From Actinomycetes bacterium (lineage in GTDB: Bacteria > Actinomycetota > Actinomycetes > JAHEKZ01): a stretch of DNA of 53,604 bases. A program made the translations under genes and the position numbers. The notes below the pieces were generated by a model, which had not been told where the DNA came from, ran no database searches, and was given only the letters and a program-made list of their open reading frames with translations. The stretch's first letter is position 1; each line of letters opens with the position of its first letter. Below, piece after piece: positions 8,284 through 17,852 of the stretch. Location: positions 1 through 53,604 of the forward strand of contig JBAPUB010000246.1 of assembly GCA_049282455.1 (NCBI GenBank), given 5' to 3'.

Positions 8284-9606
8284 TCAGGCCGCGTGGACCC
8301 CGGTCACCGACAGGAGCATCCCCAGTCCCGCGCAGACACCGAGCACCGGGAGGATCCCCATCCTGCGCCAGAACACCAAGACGGCAGCCAGAGCGGCCAG
8401 CGCTGCTGCCCACAGGTCGAGGCTGCCCCAGGCCGGCCAGGGGATGGCGATGACCCCTGATCGCGTCTGGTCGACCTCGTCGAACAGCACATTGACGGCG
8501 AACCACAGTCCGAGGTCGGCGATCACGCCGACGACGGCCGCCGTGACCGCCGCCAACGACCCGGCGATCCGGACGTCGTGCCTGAGGCTCTCTATGTGAG
8601 GCGCTCCAGCGAACACCAGGACGAACGACGGCAAGAACAGCACCCAAACCGTGACCAGTGCGCCGAGGACCCCCGCGAGCAGCGGCGCAACGCCGACTGG
8701 GGCCGCTTGGTACGCGGCGAGGAAGCCCACGAACTGGCACACCAGGATCAAGGGGCCGGGCGTCGTCTCGGCAAGGCCGAGCCCGGTCACCATGTCGCCG
8801 GTGCTCAGCCACCCGTAGTTCACCACGGCTTGCTGGGTCACGAACCCCAGCACGGCGTAGGCACCACCGAAGCTGAAGATCGCCGCCTGGGCGAAGACCA
8901 CGGCTTCCTGGGCGAAGACGTTGTCGCGCCCCAGCAGGACGACAAGTGAAGCGATCGAGGCGGCCCAGACCACGAGCACGACGGTCGCCACGATGCGCGT
9001 CTGCCGGACGACTGTCGGCCCGACCTGGTCCGACGTGGCGTCGTCGGCCACGCGCACGTCCAGCGCCGACGGCCGCATCCGTCCGACGACCCAGCCGATC
9101 GCGAGGGCCACCGCGACGATGACCGGGAAGTGCAGCCCGAAGACGAAGACGCCCGTGAAGGAGGCGACCGCGAGTGCGACGCTCGTCCGGGTCTTCAGCG
9201 CCCGACGACCGATCCGCACAACGGCTTGCGCAATGATCGCGATGACGGCCGTCTGGACGCCGAACAGCAGGCCGGAGATCCAGTTGACGTCCCCGTACAA
9301 GGCGTAGGCCGCAGCGATGAGGAGCATGACCAGTGCGCCGGGGAGCACGAACAGGCCGCCTGCCAGCAGTCCACCGCCCACCCCGCGGCGAAGCCACCCC
9401 AGGTACGTCGCCAGCTGCATGGCCTCCGGACCTGGCAGGAGCATGCAGAAGTTCAGTGCGTGAAGGAACCGCTTCTCGTCGACCCACTGCTTCTCGTCGA
9501 CGACCACGCGGTGCAGAACCGCGATCTGGCCCGCCGGACCGCCGAAGCTGTTGACCCCGATGTAGCCCCACGTGCGGACGTCGCCGCGAAGGGTGCCAGG
9601 GCTCAC
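8284..9606 (-). CDS. chrA: Chromate ion transporter (CHR) family protein
   Basis: Duplicated CHR domains are present (GYIGVNSFGGPAGQIAVLH... and FSFGGAYAVLGFV...). The GTG at 9606 is preceded by AAGGAAAC, and its GTGA overlaps the upstream stop. Confidence 0.8.
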   Translation of the reverse strand: MSPGTLRGDVRTWGYIGVNSFGGPAGQIAVLHRVVVDEKQWVDEKRFLHALNFCMLLPGPEAMQLATYLGWLRRGVGGGLLAGGLFVLPGALVMLLIAAAYALYGDVNWISGLLFGVQTAVIAIIAQAVVRIGRRALKTRTSVALAVASFTGVFVFGLHFPVIVAVALAIGWVVGRMRPSALDVRVADDATSDQVGPTVVRQTRIVATVVLVVWAASIASLVVLLGRDNVFAQEAVVFAQAAIFSFGGAYAVLGFVTQQAVVNYGWLSTGDMVTGLGLAETTPGPLILVCQFVGFLAAYQAAPVGVAPLLAGVLGALVTVWVLFLPSFVLVFAGAPHIESLRHDVRIAGSLAAVTAAVVGVIADLGLWFAVNVLFDEVDQTRSGVIAIPWPAWGSLDLWAAALAALAAVLVFWRRMGILPVLGVCAGLGMLLSVTGVHAA

Positions 9607-9926
9607 GTTTCCTTCGGCGGCTCGACACCCGCCCGGACGGCGGGGTTGCCGGAGCGCCTCGCCCGTTTGGCCGGTCGAGACCCAGCAGTTTCGTCGCGTG
9701 CTCGCGCCCGACGCCCGAGGCGCAGACCTCCGGCCTTGCGGACACCGGCCAGCAGGACGGTGCCCGAGATGATCCACAACAGCGGGATGTACCACGGCCC
9801 ATGGGCCACGAAGGTCGCCACCGCCAGGGCGTAGAACATCGCAGCCAGAACGATCAAGGTGATCCGTTGGGGTCTGCTCACCCCGACATTGAACCGCTCA
9901 GACGCGGAAGCGGGAAATGGACTCAC
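9603..9926 (-). CDS. Small two-TM membrane protein with basic C-tail, unknown family
   Basis: Its stop TGA (9603..9605) overlaps the chrA GTG in a GTGA coupling. Two hydrophobic helices are [19 protein letters not shown] and [17 protein letters not shown]. The start is uncertain: ATG 9926 overlaps the MCP 3' end, and the alternative is GTG 9881. Confidence 0.45.
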   Translation of the reverse strand: MSPFPASASERFNVGVSRPQRITLIVLAAMFYALAVATFVAHGPWYIPLLWIISGTVLLAGVRKAGGLRLGRRARARDETAGSRPAKRARRSGNPAVRAGVEPPKET

Positions 9927-11424
9927 GCAGATCGTCGGCCAGACCCGTGAGGGAGGCTGCTGCCGCGGCCGCCTCGCGCGACCCGGATGCTGCTGCCTCG
10001 CTGACCTCGGCCACCTCGCTCATGGCCGCGACGACGTCGGAGGAGGCCGTCCGCTGCTGTTGACTGGCAAGGGAGATCTCACGAGCGGCTGTGGTGGTCT
10101 CGTCGGCCATGTCGGAGATCCGCTCGAGAACTGTCACGACGTCGCGGGCCAGGGCCACTCCGTTGAGCACCTCCTCGGCACCTTCGGCGGTCGCCGTCGT
10201 CGTGGCCCGCATCTCGGCCTGGATCTCCGTGACGATCCCCTGGATCTGCTTGGTCGACTCCTGAGCGCGTTCTGCCAGCTTGCGCACCTCGGCGGCGACC
10301 ACGGCAAAGCCCCTGCCGTGCTCACCGGCTCGGGCTGCCTCGATGGCAGCGTTGAGGGCCAGCAGGTTGGTCTGGTTGCCGAGCTCGTCGATCACGTCGA
10401 GGATTCGGCCGATCTCGCCCGACTTGTCGGCCAGGGCCGCCGTGCGCTCGGCCACCAGGCGCGACCGCCTGGCGATGGCATCGATCGCCGACACCGCGTT
10501 GGTGATGGCCTCTTGGCCCTCCTCGGCGAACCGGTAGGTCATCGCCGCGTGCTCGACGACCTCGCCACTGGTCGACGCGATCGTGTCGGCCATCTGGGCC
10601 AGCTGCTCCAGGGTGCTCGTGGACTCCACGACCGCCCCTGACTGTTTGGTGGACGCCGACGCCTGGTCCCGAGCAGCGACCAGCAGGTGTGAGGCACTCA
10701 CCGAGATTCGCTCGCCGCCGTCCCGGACCCGGTCCACCAGCATCCGAAGAGACACCAGCGTCTCGTCGATGTTGACCGCCAGGGAGCGCAGGGCCGTGTC
10801 GTCCTCCGGCATGGTGATGTGGACGGCGAGGTCACCGTCGGCCGCCTGGCCCAGCGAGACCGAGAGCTCCTCGACGCGTCGCTCGAGACGGTCGTGGTGG
10901 TCCTGGGTGATCCGGCCCTTGAGCATCTCGTCGAAGGCCACAGCCAGCGGAAGCACCGAGCACGCGGCCACGAGGGCCGGCAACGTCTGAAGGTTCAAGG
11001 TCCCGGCGGCGGCCGCGGAGGCGACCAGCAGCCCGTCGGCCAGCAGCACGAAGTTGACCAGGCCGGCCCGGTCGACGGTGTCGACGACGAACACCGCCAC
11101 GGTCACCATCAGCACCCAGGTGACGCTGCTCATCCCGCCGGTGAGTGCGACCAGCCCAGCGACCCACACCATCTGGGCGGTGATGAGCACCAGAGGGATT
11201 CGCCGGTCGACCGTCTGCAGGTCGAGCGCGCGGGTCCTGCGGTACAGGGCGGTCACCAGAGCAGCGAACCCGAACCCCAGCGCGCACCAGACGAGCGCCG
11301 GGACGAAGACGTGCAGCACCTTGGGCTGGGTGGCCAGGAAGAGCAGCGTCAGGCCCAGCCCGAGGCCGGCGTTGACCCATGCGGCCACCGCGCCCGTGCG
11401 TGCCAACGGCTGCGGGTTGTCCAT
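9898..11424 (-). CDS. Methyl-accepting chemotaxis protein-type transducer with membrane-embedded multi-TM N-domain
   Basis: The highly conserved MCP hairpin [33 protein letters not shown] is present. The N-terminal ~170 aa form about 6 TM helices with no periplasmic domain. The ATG at 11424 is preceded by GAAGGG. Confidence 0.85.
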   Translation of the reverse strand: MDNPQPLARTGAVAAWVNAGLGLGLTLLFLATQPKVLHVFVPALVWCALGFGFAALVTALYRRTRALDLQTVDRRIPLVLITAQMVWVAGLVALTGGMSSVTWVLMVTVAVFVVDTVDRAGLVNFVLLADGLLVASAAAAGTLNLQTLPALVAACSVLPLAVAFDEMLKGRITQDHHDRLERRVEELSVSLGQAADGDLAVHITMPEDDTALRSLAVNIDETLVSLRMLVDRVRDGGERISVSASHLLVAARDQASASTKQSGAVVESTSTLEQLAQMADTIASTSGEVVEHAAMTYRFAEEGQEAITNAVSAIDAIARRSRLVAERTAALADKSGEIGRILDVIDELGNQTNLLALNAAIEAARAGEHGRGFAVVAAEVRKLAERAQESTKQIQGIVTEIQAEMRATTTATAEGAEEVLNGVALARDVVTVLERISDMADETTTAAREISLASQQQRTASSDVVAAMSEVAEVSEAAASGSREAAAAAASLTGLADDLRESISRFRV

Positions 11425-11548
11425 CCCAGCCCTTCGTCGTCAGTCCCGAGGAAACCTCGGACGACCATCCGGATACCGGCCGCCCCTGCGTCGGTGCGGA
11501 CCCCCAAGCCGAACCTCCCCTGAAATCGGCAGCCAACGGGGGCAACTT

Positions 11549-11679
11549 GATCCGTCTGGGCTAGTCCAGATGGGCGCCGGAGGGCCCCCAGATGGAACCC
11601 AGAAGGATTCCGGACGGATCGGGTGGGCTACGCCAGACCCTCAGGCCGAGCCGCCTGCGGCCGAAGCCGCCGCGTAGCC
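11549..11679 (+). other. Two consecutive long-range hairpins in the ggt 5' leader (candidate cis-regulatory RNA)
   Basis: Hairpin 1: GATCCGTCTGG (11549..11559) pairs with CCGGACGGATC (11610..11620), 11 bp including one G-U that works only on the + strand RNA. Its loop carries CCAGATGG twice. Hairpin 2: GGCTACGC (11626..11633) pairs with GCGTAGCC (11672..11679), ending 9 nt before the ATG. Confidence 0.3.
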
Positions 11680-11688
11680 TGACCGGCC

Positions 11689-13152
11689 ATGGCGGCTCAG
11701 GCAGGGGTTGCGGCAGGCAGCGAGGCCAGCGCCGCCGCCGCAGTGGCCGTCCTGCGTCGGGGGGGAAACGCCGTGGATGCGGCGCTGGCGGCCGGCTTTG
11801 CGGGGGCGGTCGCCGAACCCGGGCTCACCAGCCTTGGCGGCGGGGGGTTCCTGCTCCTTCGGGCCTCGGACGGCGAGCACCAGGCTCTCGACTTCTTCGT
11901 GGACGCGCCCGGCCACGGCCTCGAACCCGGCCGGACCCCCCACTTCACGCCCGTCCTCGTCACGTTCGCCGGCGCCGAGCAGGTGTTCCACGCGGGGTGG
12001 GGCTCGGTCGCCGTTCCCGGCTGCCTGGACGGCTACCTCACCGCCCACCGCCGACACGGCAGGCTGCCTCTCGCCGACGTCGTCGCGCCAGCGGTGTCCT
12101 ATGCCCGAGACGGCGTCGAGCTGGCCGCCCACCAGGCCCAGGTGCTCGGGCTGCTCACCGGCATCGTGACCTTGACCCAGACCGGACGCGAGCTGTTCGC
12201 CCCCGACGGGTTCGTGGTCGCAGCCGGCGCCCGCCTCCACAACCGCGCCCTGGCCGATCTGCTGGACCAGCTGGCCGACGGCACGATCTCCGGGGTCGCC
12301 TCGGCGTCGGTCGCCGATCCCCTTGTCGCGGCGATGGCCGAGCACAACGGTCTGCTCACCTCAGCCGACCTCGCCGGCTACCGGCCCGTCAGCCGCACCC
12401 CGCTGACGATGACCTACCGCAAGGCCAGGATCGCCACGAACCCGCCGCCGTCGTTCGGCGGGTCGATCCTGACCGGCGCGCTGGCCGAGCTGAGTCAGGG
12501 CCCCGGGGTGACGGCGTCCAACTCCGACACCCGCCGTCTCGTGGAGGCACTGATCGTCGCGACCGACCGTCGGAAGGCAGTCAGCCAGGCCCCGCAGTCG
12601 ACCCGGGGCACCACGCACGTGAGCGTCGTCGACTCCGAGGGGCTCATGGTCTCGATGACCACCTCGAACGGATCCTGCTCCGGGGTCTTCGCGCCCGGCA
12701 CCGGGGTCCAGCTGAACAACGTCCTGGGTGAGGACGACCTGCACCCGGACGGGTTCCACGCCGTCCCGGCGGGCACGCGGATCGGCTCGATGATGTCGCC
12801 GACCATCGTCGAGCGCCCTGACGGCTCGGTCGTGGCGCTGGGCAGCGGCGGCAGTCAGCGCATCCGAAGCGCTCTCCTGCAGGTCGTCGTGCACCTCGTC
12901 GACCACGGCCTCGATGTCGACGCGGCTGTGGAGGCCCCCCGGCTGCACTGGGACGGCCGCCAGGTCCAGGCCGAGCCGGGCTGGACCGACGCGGCCGTCG
13001 AGGCGATCGCCCAGTGGGCCCCGGTGAACCGGTGGGGCCAGCGCGACCTGTACTTCGGTGGCGTCCAGGCTGTGGCTGTCGACCCGACCGGGCGGGTCAG
13101 CGCCAAGGGAGACCCCCGCCGCGGCGGGGTCGGCCTGGTCGTCGACCTGTAG
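11689..13152 (+). CDS. ggt: Gamma-glutamyltransferase family protein (no signal peptide)
   Basis: 487 aa. The N-terminal AAAAVAVLRRGGNAVDAALAA and the autoprocessing-site context TTHVSVVDSEGLMVSMTTSNG are typical of the GGT/Ntn-hydrolase family. Confidence 0.85.
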   Translation: MAAQAGVAAGSEASAAAAVAVLRRGGNAVDAALAAGFAGAVAEPGLTSLGGGGFLLLRASDGEHQALDFFVDAPGHGLEPGRTPHFTPVLVTFAGAEQVFHAGWGSVAVPGCLDGYLTAHRRHGRLPLADVVAPAVSYARDGVELAAHQAQVLGLLTGIVTLTQTGRELFAPDGFVVAAGARLHNRALADLLDQLADGTISGVASASVADPLVAAMAEHNGLLTSADLAGYRPVSRTPLTMTYRKARIATNPPPSFGGSILTGALAELSQGPGVTASNSDTRRLVEALIVATDRRKAVSQAPQSTRGTTHVSVVDSEGLMVSMTTSNGSCSGVFAPGTGVQLNNVLGEDDLHPDGFHAVPAGTRIGSMMSPTIVERPDGSVVALGSGGSQRIRSALLQVVVHLVDHGLDVDAAVEAPRLHWDGRQVQAEPGWTDAAVEAIAQWAPVNRWGQRDLYFGGVQAVAVDPTGRVSAKGDPRRGGVGLVVDL

Positions 13153-13240
13153 CCACCGGCCGACGTCTTCGACCACCACCGTTGGGAGAGCAGGCAGTGC
13201 GCGTGCGACACTCGTGCGGTTGTCTGCCCGAGAGGAACCG

Positions 13241-14263
13241 ATGGACGGCAATTCCGCCTACCGGCACACGAACACCGCGATCCTGTCGGTGACGGCTGCC
13301 GAACCTCCCCACGTGGTCACCTCAGCGTCCTTCGACGAGATCCTCGGCCCGACCTTCGACCGAGTCGGCATGCGCACCGGCCTCCTCGAAGGGCTCGCGG
13401 GGATCTATGAGCGTCGATGGTGGGCCGATGGCACCCGGTTCTCCGACGGTGCGGTCGAGGCCGCCGAGTCGGCGATCGAGACCTCAGGCGTCGATCGGGA
13501 CCGGATCGGCCTGATGATCAACTCGTCGGTCTCGCGCGAGCACCTCGAGCCGTCCACGGCCGTGGAGATCCACCACCGGCTGGGCATGCCCACGTCGTGC
13601 ACCAACTTCGACCTAGCCAACGCCTGCCTCGGCTTCGTCAACGGCATGCACCTGGCGGCCACGATGATCGATGCCGGGCACATCGACTACGCGCTCGTCG
13701 TCGACGGTGAAGACGCCCGCCCCGTGCAGGAGCGCACTCTTCGCCGACTCAGCCAGCCCGACGCGTCGACCGAGGACGTGATGAACGAGTTCGCCAGCTT
13801 GACGCTGGGGTCCGGTGGCGCGGCCATGGTGCTCGGTCGCATCGACAAGCACCCGGAGGCCCACCGCCTGGTCGGTGGCATCTCCCGGGCAGCCACCGAG
13901 CACCACACCCTGTGCATCGGGGACAACGATTCGATGCGCACCGACACCAAGGGCCTGTTGGACGCCGGCCTCGAGCTCGCCGAGGCGGCCTGGAAAGAGG
14001 CGTTGCTCGACAACGAATGGCAGGACATGGACTGCTACGTGCTGCACCAGGTGTCGTCGGTGCACACGTCCGCCTTGTGCCAGCGGCTGGGCATCGACAC
14101 CGCCAAGGTCCCGCTGACGTTCCCGACGTTCGGCAACATCGGTCCGGCGTCCGTACCGTTCACCCTGGCTCGCGAGGTCGAGTCGTTGAACCGAGGCGAC
14201 CGGGTGCTGTGCATGGGAATCGGCTCCGGTCTCAACACCGCGTTCTGCGAGATCACCTGGTGA
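13241..14263 (+). CDS. oleA: OleA-type thiolase (FabH-like, head-to-head Claisen condensation)
   Basis: The ATG at 13241 follows GAGAGGA. Motifs are FDLANACLGF (Cys), VLHQVSS (His) and FGNIGPAS (Asn). The context is followed by oleBC and oleD. Confidence 0.8.
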   Translation: MDGNSAYRHTNTAILSVTAAEPPHVVTSASFDEILGPTFDRVGMRTGLLEGLAGIYERRWWADGTRFSDGAVEAAESAIETSGVDRDRIGLMINSSVSREHLEPSTAVEIHHRLGMPTSCTNFDLANACLGFVNGMHLAATMIDAGHIDYALVVDGEDARPVQERTLRRLSQPDASTEDVMNEFASLTLGSGGAAMVLGRIDKHPEAHRLVGGISRAATEHHTLCIGDNDSMRTDTKGLLDAGLELAEAAWKEALLDNEWQDMDCYVLHQVSSVHTSALCQRLGIDTAKVPLTFPTFGNIGPASVPFTLAREVESLNRGDRVLCMGIGSGLNTAFCEITW

Positions 14264-16890
14264 TGCCCGGCCCCACCGCGCCGGCGTCTCTGCCCCCCCG
14301 AGGACTGCCCGGGCTCGACCCGTCCTGGTCGCGCCTGGTCCAGGCCAACGACCGCGAGGGGCGTCGTCGCACGTGGCACGTGCTCGACACGGCGCCGCTG
14401 AACCCGGTCGGCACGCTGCTGTGCGTGCACGGCAACCCGACGTGGTCGTACCTGTGGCGGTCCGTGGCCGCGACGCTGGGCGCTCGGTGGCGGGTCGTTG
14501 CTGTCGACCACCTGGGTATGGGGTACTCCGAGCGGACCGGTGACTTCCACCGGCTGGCCGACCGCGTCGCAGAGCTGTCAGCAGTCACCGGCGCCCTCGC
14601 CCTCGACGGCCCGGTCGTCACGGTGGGGCACGACTGGGGTGGCTCGATCTCGCTGGGCTGGGCGCTGGACCACCCCGACCAGCTCGTCGGCATCGTTCTC
14701 ACGAACACGGCCGTGGCGCAGCCCGACGGCGCCCCGCTTCCCACTCTGATCGCGGCTGCGCGCACCCCCGGCGTGCTGCGGACGTCGACCGTGCGGACCC
14801 CCGCTTTCGTCCGCGGCACGCTGCGTCTGGCTCACCCGCCACTGGACGCCGACGTCCGACGTGCGTTCGCGGCGCCCTACGCGGGCCCGGCCCGGCGTCA
14901 GGCCGTCGGCGACTTCGTCGACGACATCCCCCTCACCCCGAACGACCCGAGCTTCGAGGCGTTGGCCTCGATCCAAGAACGGCTCCCCGAACTGGCCTCG
15001 GTGCCGACGCTCCTGCTGTGGGGCCCGCGCGACCCCGTCTTCTCCGACCGGTACCTGCGCGACCTCGAGCACCGGATGCCCCACGCACACGTGCACCGGT
15101 TCCCGTCGGCCGGTCATCTCGTGGTCGAGGACGCCGCGGTCGCCGATGCCGTCGCGCAGTTCGTCGACGGGCTGTCACCTGACGCCGAAGCCCGCGCTGC
15201 GCACGACGGTCGAGCCGGGGCAAACGCGTTCGACCCCGAGGGCCCGGTGGAGGCCCCTCCTCGGGAGGCACCGGTGCGCCGTCCCTTGTGGTCCGAGCTC
15301 GACCGGCGCAGCGACGACCAGGCTCCCGCGGTGGTCGAGGGGGGCGACGCCGCCCGCGTCGTCTCATGGCACCAGCTGAGCGCCCGGGTCGCCGACCTCG
15401 GTGCCGGACTGGCTGCCCGTGGCGTCGAGCCCGGTGACCGGGTCGCCCTCCTCGTCCCGCCCGGTGCGGACCTGACCGCCGTGCTCTACGCCTGCTGGCG
15501 GATCGGCGCCGTCGTCGTCGTTGCCGACGCCGGGCTCGGGCTCACCGGTCTGCGGCGCGCACTGACCGGTGCGAAGGTGCGCCACGTGGTCGCCGTCGAG
15601 CGAGGTCTGGTGGCGGCGAGGGCGATGCGCCTCCCGGGCCAGTACCTCTCAGTCGGCCCGGTCACGCCGGCCGGCCGCGCCCTGACCCGTCCGGTCGCGC
15701 ATCTGACCGAGGTCGCGAAGGAGGGTCGGGGTCTTACTCTCCCCGAACCACCAGCGGCGGAGGCCCAGGCTGCGGTTCTGTTCACGTCCGGTGCGACGGG
15801 GCCCGCGAAGGGTGTGGTCTACCGCCACCGACAGCTGGAGGCCCAGCGCGACGCAGTCACCGCCATGTTCTCGATCACCAGCAGCGACCGCCTGGTGGCT
15901 GCCTTCGCGCCCTTCGCCCTGTACGGGCCTGCTCTGGGGATCACGACAGCAGTTCCCGACATGGACGTCACCGCCCCGGGAACGCTGACCGCGGGTGCAC
16001 TCGCGGAGTCGGTCTCGGCCGTCGACGCGAGCATCGTCTTCGCGTCGCCGGCGGCTCTGCGCAACGTCGTCGACACAGCGGAATCGCTGACCGACTCGCA
16101 GCGGAAGTCCCTGAGCTCGGTCCGGGCCCTGTTGTCGGCAGGCGCGCCCGTTCCCCCGGCCACGTTGCGGGCGGCGTCGCAGCTGCTGGGTGGCTGCGAG
16201 GCGCACACCCCGTACGGCATGACCGAGGCCCTCCCGGTCGCGGACATCACCCTGGCCGAGCTCGACAGCGTCGGCGCCGGGCTCGGGGTCTGCGTCGGAC
16301 ATCCGCTGCGAGGAGTCGACGTCACCATCAGCGCCCTGTCGGCGACCGGCACCGCCGACGGTGGGCTGACCATGAAGGCCGACGTCACCGGCGAGATCGT
16401 CGTCCGGGCTGCGCACGTCAAGGACCACTACGACCAGCTGTGGTCGACCCAGGAGTCCAGCGAGCAGCGGCCGGGTTGGCACCGCACGGGCGACGTCGGA
16501 CATCTCGATGCCGACGGCCGGTTGTGGGTCGAGGGCCGCCTGGCACACATCGTCGTGACAGCCGAAGGGGTCGTCACGCCGGTGGGCGTCGAGCAGCAGA
16601 TCGAGCAGCTCGACGAGGTCGGGCTGGCAGCTGTCGTCGGCGTCGGACCCGTGGGCTGCCAGCAGGTTGTCGTCGTGGTCGAGCCGACCCATGGGACGTC
16701 ATCGGGTGTGCTGGCTTCCTCGTCGCTGACCGACCTCGTGCGTGAGCGGGCGGACGCGGTCGACATTGCCGCGGTCTTGGTCGCCAGGAAGCTGCCGGTC
16801 GACATCCGGCACAACTCCAAGATCGACCGGACCCGGGTGGCTCGGTGGGCCACCCGGGTACTGGCCGGTGACAGGGTGGGTCGGCTGTGA
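14263..16890 (+). CDS. oleBC: OleB-OleC fusion: haloalkane-dehalogenase-like alpha/beta hydrolase (beta-lactone decarboxylase) + AMP-dependent beta-lactone synthetase
   Basis: The ATG at 14263 overlaps the oleA stop (TGATG). The N-terminal half has HGNPTWSYLWR and HDWGG. The C-terminal half has the AMP-binding motif LFTSGATGPAKGVVYRH. The ORF-track extension back to 13912 is out of frame with oleA coding and was rejected. Confidence 0.8.
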   Translation: MPGPTAPASLPPRGLPGLDPSWSRLVQANDREGRRRTWHVLDTAPLNPVGTLLCVHGNPTWSYLWRSVAATLGARWRVVAVDHLGMGYSERTGDFHRLADRVAELSAVTGALALDGPVVTVGHDWGGSISLGWALDHPDQLVGIVLTNTAVAQPDGAPLPTLIAAARTPGVLRTSTVRTPAFVRGTLRLAHPPLDADVRRAFAAPYAGPARRQAVGDFVDDIPLTPNDPSFEALASIQERLPELASVPTLLLWGPRDPVFSDRYLRDLEHRMPHAHVHRFPSAGHLVVEDAAVADAVAQFVDGLSPDAEARAAHDGRAGANAFDPEGPVEAPPREAPVRRPLWSELDRRSDDQAPAVVEGGDAARVVSWHQLSARVADLGAGLAARGVEPGDRVALLVPPGADLTAVLYACWRIGAVVVVADAGLGLTGLRRALTGAKVRHVVAVERGLVAARAMRLPGQYLSVGPVTPAGRALTRPVAHLTEVAKEGRGLTLPEPPAAEAQAAVLFTSGATGPAKGVVYRHRQLEAQRDAVTAMFSITSSDRLVAAFAPFALYGPALGITTAVPDMDVTAPGTLTAGALAESVSAVDASIVFASPAALRNVVDTAESLTDSQRKSLSSVRALLSAGAPVPPATLRAASQLLGGCEAHTPYGMTEALPVADITLAELDSVGAGLGVCVGHPLRGVDVTISALSATGTADGGLTMKADVTGEIVVRAAHVKDHYDQLWSTQESSEQRPGWHRTGDVGHLDADGRLWVEGRLAHIVVTAEGVVTPVGVEQQIEQLDEVGLAAVVGVGPVGCQQVVVVVEPTHGTSSGVLASSSLTDLVRERADAVDIAAVLVARKLPVDIRHNSKIDRTRVARWATRVLAGDRVGRL

Positions 16891-17843
16891 GGGTTCTCGT
16901 CACCGGTGCGAGCGGGATGCTCGGTGCGGGTGTCGCAAGAGCCCTGGCCGCACGCGGCGACGCCGTGACCGTCCTGCAGCGACGTCCTTCGACGCTGGGT
17001 CTTCGTGAGGTGCTCGGGGACGTCGCCGACGCCCAGGTTGTCGCGTCGGCGAGCCAGGGCCAGGACGCCGTGGTGCACCTGGCCGCCCGGGTCTCCGTCA
17101 CCGGCCCTTGGGAGGAGTTCGAGCGAACCAACGTCGGTGGCACGAACGCGCTGGTGGCCGCGGCACGCGCCGCCGGGGTGACCCGCTTCGTCCAGGTCTC
17201 GTCGCCGTCGGTCGCGCACGGCGGTGCGGCGCTCGTCGGTGCTGGCGCGGATCCGGCCGACCCCGGCCGCGCCCGCGGCCACTACGCCCGAAGCAAGGCC
17301 CTGGCCGAGCAGGTCGCGCTGCAGGCCGATGTACCTGGCTTCGCCGTCGTTGCGGTACGCCCTCACCTCGTCTGGGGACCTGGGGACACCCAGCTCGTCG
17401 AACGCATTGTCGCGCGGGCACGCACTGGACGGCTCGTCCTGATCAACGGTGGAACGGCGCTCATCGACAGCACCTACGTCGACAACGCAGTCGACGCGAT
17501 GGTGGCAGCTCTCGACCACGCCCCTGACATCCACGGCGAAGCGTTCGTCGTCACCAACGGTCAGCCACGTACGGTGGCCGAGCTGCTCGGCCGGATCTGC
17601 CAGGCGTACGGGGCGCCGGTCCCCACACGGTCGGTGCCGAAGGCGGTGGCACTGGGAGCGGGTGCGGTGATCGAGTCGCTCTGGACGACGACAAGGCACG
17701 ACGACGAGCCTCCGATGACCCGCTTCCTGGCTGAGCAGCTGTCAACCGCCCACTGGTTCGACCAGCGCCGCACCCGCGAAGCACTGCAGTGGACGCCACG
17801 CATCAGCCTCGACCAGGGCTTCCAGCTGCTGCGCGACGGGTAG
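16887..17843 (+). CDS. oleD: OleD-type NAD(P)-dependent reductase (3beta-HSD/epimerase SDR family)
   Basis: The GTG start overlaps the oleBC stop (GTGA, 16887..16890). It has the Rossmann motif VLVTGASGMLG and a YARSK active-site context. Confidence 0.8.
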   Translation: MRVLVTGASGMLGAGVARALAARGDAVTVLQRRPSTLGLREVLGDVADAQVVASASQGQDAVVHLAARVSVTGPWEEFERTNVGGTNALVAAARAAGVTRFVQVSSPSVAHGGAALVGAGADPADPGRARGHYARSKALAEQVALQADVPGFAVVAVRPHLVWGPGDTQLVERIVARARTGRLVLINGGTALIDSTYVDNAVDAMVAALDHAPDIHGEAFVVTNGQPRTVAELLGRICQAYGAPVPTRSVPKAVALGAGAVIESLWTTTRHDDEPPMTRFLAEQLSTAHWFDQRRTREALQWTPRISLDQGFQLLRDG

Positions 17844-17852
17844 GTTGCGCGC

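Noticed and set aside
6863-9802. A 979-aa ORF that seems to fuse a large N-terminal region to the FAD oxidoreductase
   Set aside because: The N-terminal ~500 aa are R/G/P/A-rich nonsense read out of frame across the well-supported chrA gene (8284..9606, same strand). Only the C-terminal ~470 aa show FAD-oxidoreductase motifs. This is the typical long spurious frame of GC-rich DNA.
13058-14262. 5' extensions of the oleA ORF (13058..13240) and of the oleBC ORF (13912..14262)
   Set aside because: The extensions overlap the ggt 3' end or the oleA coding frame and encode low-complexity sequence. Conserved domains begin at the internal ATGs (13241 with GAGAGGA upstream, 14263 overlapping the oleA stop).
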